Both the position numbers and the translations under genes were made by a program. Positions 61,722-64,000 of a stretch of 64,000 nucleotides of DNA are shown in pieces (position 1 is the first letter of the stretch; each line of letters starts with the position of its first letter). The notes below the pieces were generated by a model. That model did no database searches. It had not been told where the DNA came from and worked only from the letters and a program-made list of their open reading frames with translations. The DNA comes from Eukaryota sp. TZLM1-RC (taxonomy: Eukaryota; Protista; Metamonada: BaSk clade), in the NCBI GenBank assembly GCA_040285825.1, contig JAUPSS010000003.1:2170001-2234000 (forward strand), written 5' to 3'.

Positions 61722-62180
61722 TTTTTATTTTGGATAGTTTTTGTTGTATATTTTTTATGTTTTTTTTTCTGTATTTTAGATTTTTTGGAGTTGTACATAT
61801 TTTGTAATTTCATTGTTTTTAGATTTGACTAATTTTCAAAGAATGTATATTTCCTGTTAGCAATCATTACTTTTGATACATGCTATTTGTCAAGCAAAAC
61901 AATAAAGGAATCAAGCACTACATGGATCCTCGGGTTTGTGTCAATGCATCCTGGTCCGATTATCCACAATATTTATTGTGTACAGTTGAACGTGTTAGCC
62001 ATTGAAACAAGGGGAAAAATAATATGATGGGTTGATAAAGTTTAATTATTTATTGAACATCTGAGATGTACACTTAATTAAATTAATTAATACCTAATGG
62101 GACGACTATCATTGAACCATGATTTACTCTACAAAATCTTGATCTGCTAAATATAATAAATATTTGTGGAATAAAATGTT

Positions 62181-62253
62181 CTCTTCCGGTGGGGGTCGAA
62201 CCCACGACCTTCGGGTTAGAAATCCGACGCGATTCCAACTTCGCCACGGAAGA
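62181..62253 (-). tRNA. tRNA-Arg(TCT)
   Basis: Acceptor stem TCTTCCG/CGGAAGA, discriminator G, anticodon loop TTTCTAA, T arm GTGGG-TTCGACC-CCCAC. Confidence 0.9.
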
Positions 62254-62639
62254 TTGATGAATGTGATACACTTCACCAATATTCATATCCACATTGTGAA
62301 TTTGTCAAATCATCAGATACGATAACCAATCTGTCAATTGTCTTTATTCATGTTCTGTTATAGTTGAAAATTTGTTCACAACATTTGCAAATCTAGTTTC
62401 TCTGATTCTTCTGTGACTTTGAGTTTAAAGAAATAAAGAAGAACAAACGCTAGTCATGTTGTTGGTGTTAATGAAGATAGAAACAGGCAACTTGTTCCTT
62501 CTTTCCTGTTTCACAAATTGAAGACCATCAAATATTTCTCACTTGTTTTCAATAATTTTGCAAAAAATTGGCGAAAAACATTTTAAATAATAATTGTTTA
62601 TTACACAATTGATAAATCAATAACTTAATAATCCTTGTA

Positions 62640-62890
62640 TCCCAAAACAAAACAACTAGTGGCAACTCTCTCATAGTGAGAACCAGGAGAAAATAAAGCA
62701 ATAAATACCATCATCTACGTCCCCTTAATAATAGAAAACACAATTCTATTTTGCCAAAACAATTTGTTGAAATTTTTATTGGTCCTTTTCTCAATAATCA
62801 TTTCAACATGTCAAAAAACATAAAACCCTTGCAGTAAGTGAACCAAATAGGGAAAATACAAATAGATACAGATTGTATTTTAAAATGCTG
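62640..62890 (-). mobile_element. degenerate family D-like 3' fragment
   Basis: Similar to 54860-55095 (FWQNRIVFS, GSHYERVA). Confidence 0.7.
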
Positions 62891-63468
62891 TTGTATACTG
62901 TTTTTAATATCGTGTTCAGCGATAAATCTTCAAACCTTGGTTCAATTTTCTAAAAACAAAGTGTAGACAAGGGTTCAAATAAACTTTGAATACTTAATTT
63001 TTAAAAAATAGTAGTTTTCAATTTCTGCATGATGTGATTAAAATTCATCAGAACCATCAGTTTATCCAAATCAGCTATAATTTAACTTTTCGATTGACTA
63101 TTGGAATTTCAAAATACATCAACAGTTTCATGAAACATATTTTGTTCAAAATTCTTCCTATCACATTGTCTGTAATGAAAAATGATGGAAAAGCAGAAGG
63201 AATTGAACCATGTAGTTTTGACGTTCCTGAAGTCGAAGTTTAATTTAAGATTCTTAGAGTGAAATTTTATTTGATTTACCTGGATTTGAACGATAAAGAT
63301 TGTGTTCAATTGGCTGAACAATCGATTTAAAGAGCAAATTCCCTCAAAGAAAAAGGGCCATGAAAGTGGAGCCTTATCCCATTACTCCAAAGATTATGAA
63401 CACATATTTAGTAACATGAAAACAAGTAGTTAACAAATAGTTTATGTGCAATACAATAAATACAACAA

Positions 63469-63789
63469 CTACTCTTCTCCAGCAGAGGTAACTGAACGAA
63501 TGATTGTGCCGATACCAAACTTTGTCACTATGGTTGAATGAAGGGCAAGAGCTTTGGCAGAAACGTTAGCAGGAGCACGATCCTCTCCAATCGCTTCAAA
63601 TAGAATATACAAACCAGAAATGAGTTTGTCCCCTATTTCAGGAGATAGTTGCTCAACATGAGTGGATAGATCGCCTTTGATGGACTGTAGAACGGTAATA
63701 AGAGAGTCTACACCAGGAAATGTGGTTGTACAATGCCTAAGGGCCTCAGTGTATTCTTTCTTGCTGATCAGGTCTGTTAAAGGATCCAT
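63469..63789 (-). CDS. ARPC5: Arp2/3 complex subunit 5 (p16-Arc), divergent; 5' end uncertain
   Basis: VLQSIK..VEQL...DKLISGLY..FE...SAKALALH......GIGTIIRSVT parallels the ARPC5 C-terminal pattern; possible 28-nt intron upstream (about 63805-63832). Confidence 0.7.
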   Translation of the reverse strand: MDPLTDLISKKEYTEALRHCTTTFPGVDSLITVLQSIKGDLSTHVEQLSPEIGDKLISGLYILFEAIGEDRAPANVSAKALALHSTIVTKFGIGTIIRSVTSAGEE

Positions 63790-64000
63790 ACTTGGAGTGA
63801 TCGTCTATAATAATGGTGTAAGTGTTCTGTACTGAAATTGAGAGGGATTGAGTTTTTTGAAAATCCTAAATTGTCTTTTCAAAAACAGATACAACAATTG
63901 ATTTAAAACTAGAACTCAATAACCTGCAAACACACATCAACATCATCAAATTTCTTCAGCGGTTGAATTGGAAAGGAGGATTTGCTTTATGTTTAAATGG

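Noticed and set aside
62181-62253. Amber suppressor tRNA (CTA in the loop)
   Set aside because: The stem register places TCT at positions 34-36, and the D-loop A and G73 fit Arg identity
1-64000. CRISPR array or prokaryotic operon
   Set aside because: No regularly spaced repeat-spacer array is present; the genes are eukaryotic with spliceosomal introns

Overview
Eukaryotic, AT-rich, compact-gene DNA, most likely from a flagellated protist (inferred from KIF9, MORN3 and 28-33 nt GT-AG introns; the standard genetic code is used). Eight intact host genes sit as islands in a dense field of mobile elements: GCN5/PCAF, importin-alpha, a PiT phosphate transporter, a GHKL-ATPase/HExxH-protease fusion, KIF9, a coiled-coil protein, MORN3 and ARPC5. 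There are also two tRNAs (Glu-CTC, Arg-TCT). The mobile elements are two Ty3/gypsy chromovirus-like LTR retrotransposons plus a solo LTR, at least five clearly distinct families (plus further unassigned fragments) of CRE-clade RT + restriction-like-endonuclease non-LTR retrotransposons nested in one another with readable 7-14 bp TSDs, and two copies of a Fanzor1 (eukaryotic TnpB-derived RNA-guided nuclease). The longer Fanzor can be reconstructed by removing a TSD-flanked retro-insertion. It is followed by a structured candidate omegaRNA that abuts the GHKL-ATPase/metalloprotease gene. Family labels A-E are my own, and coordinates of degenerate fragments are approximate.
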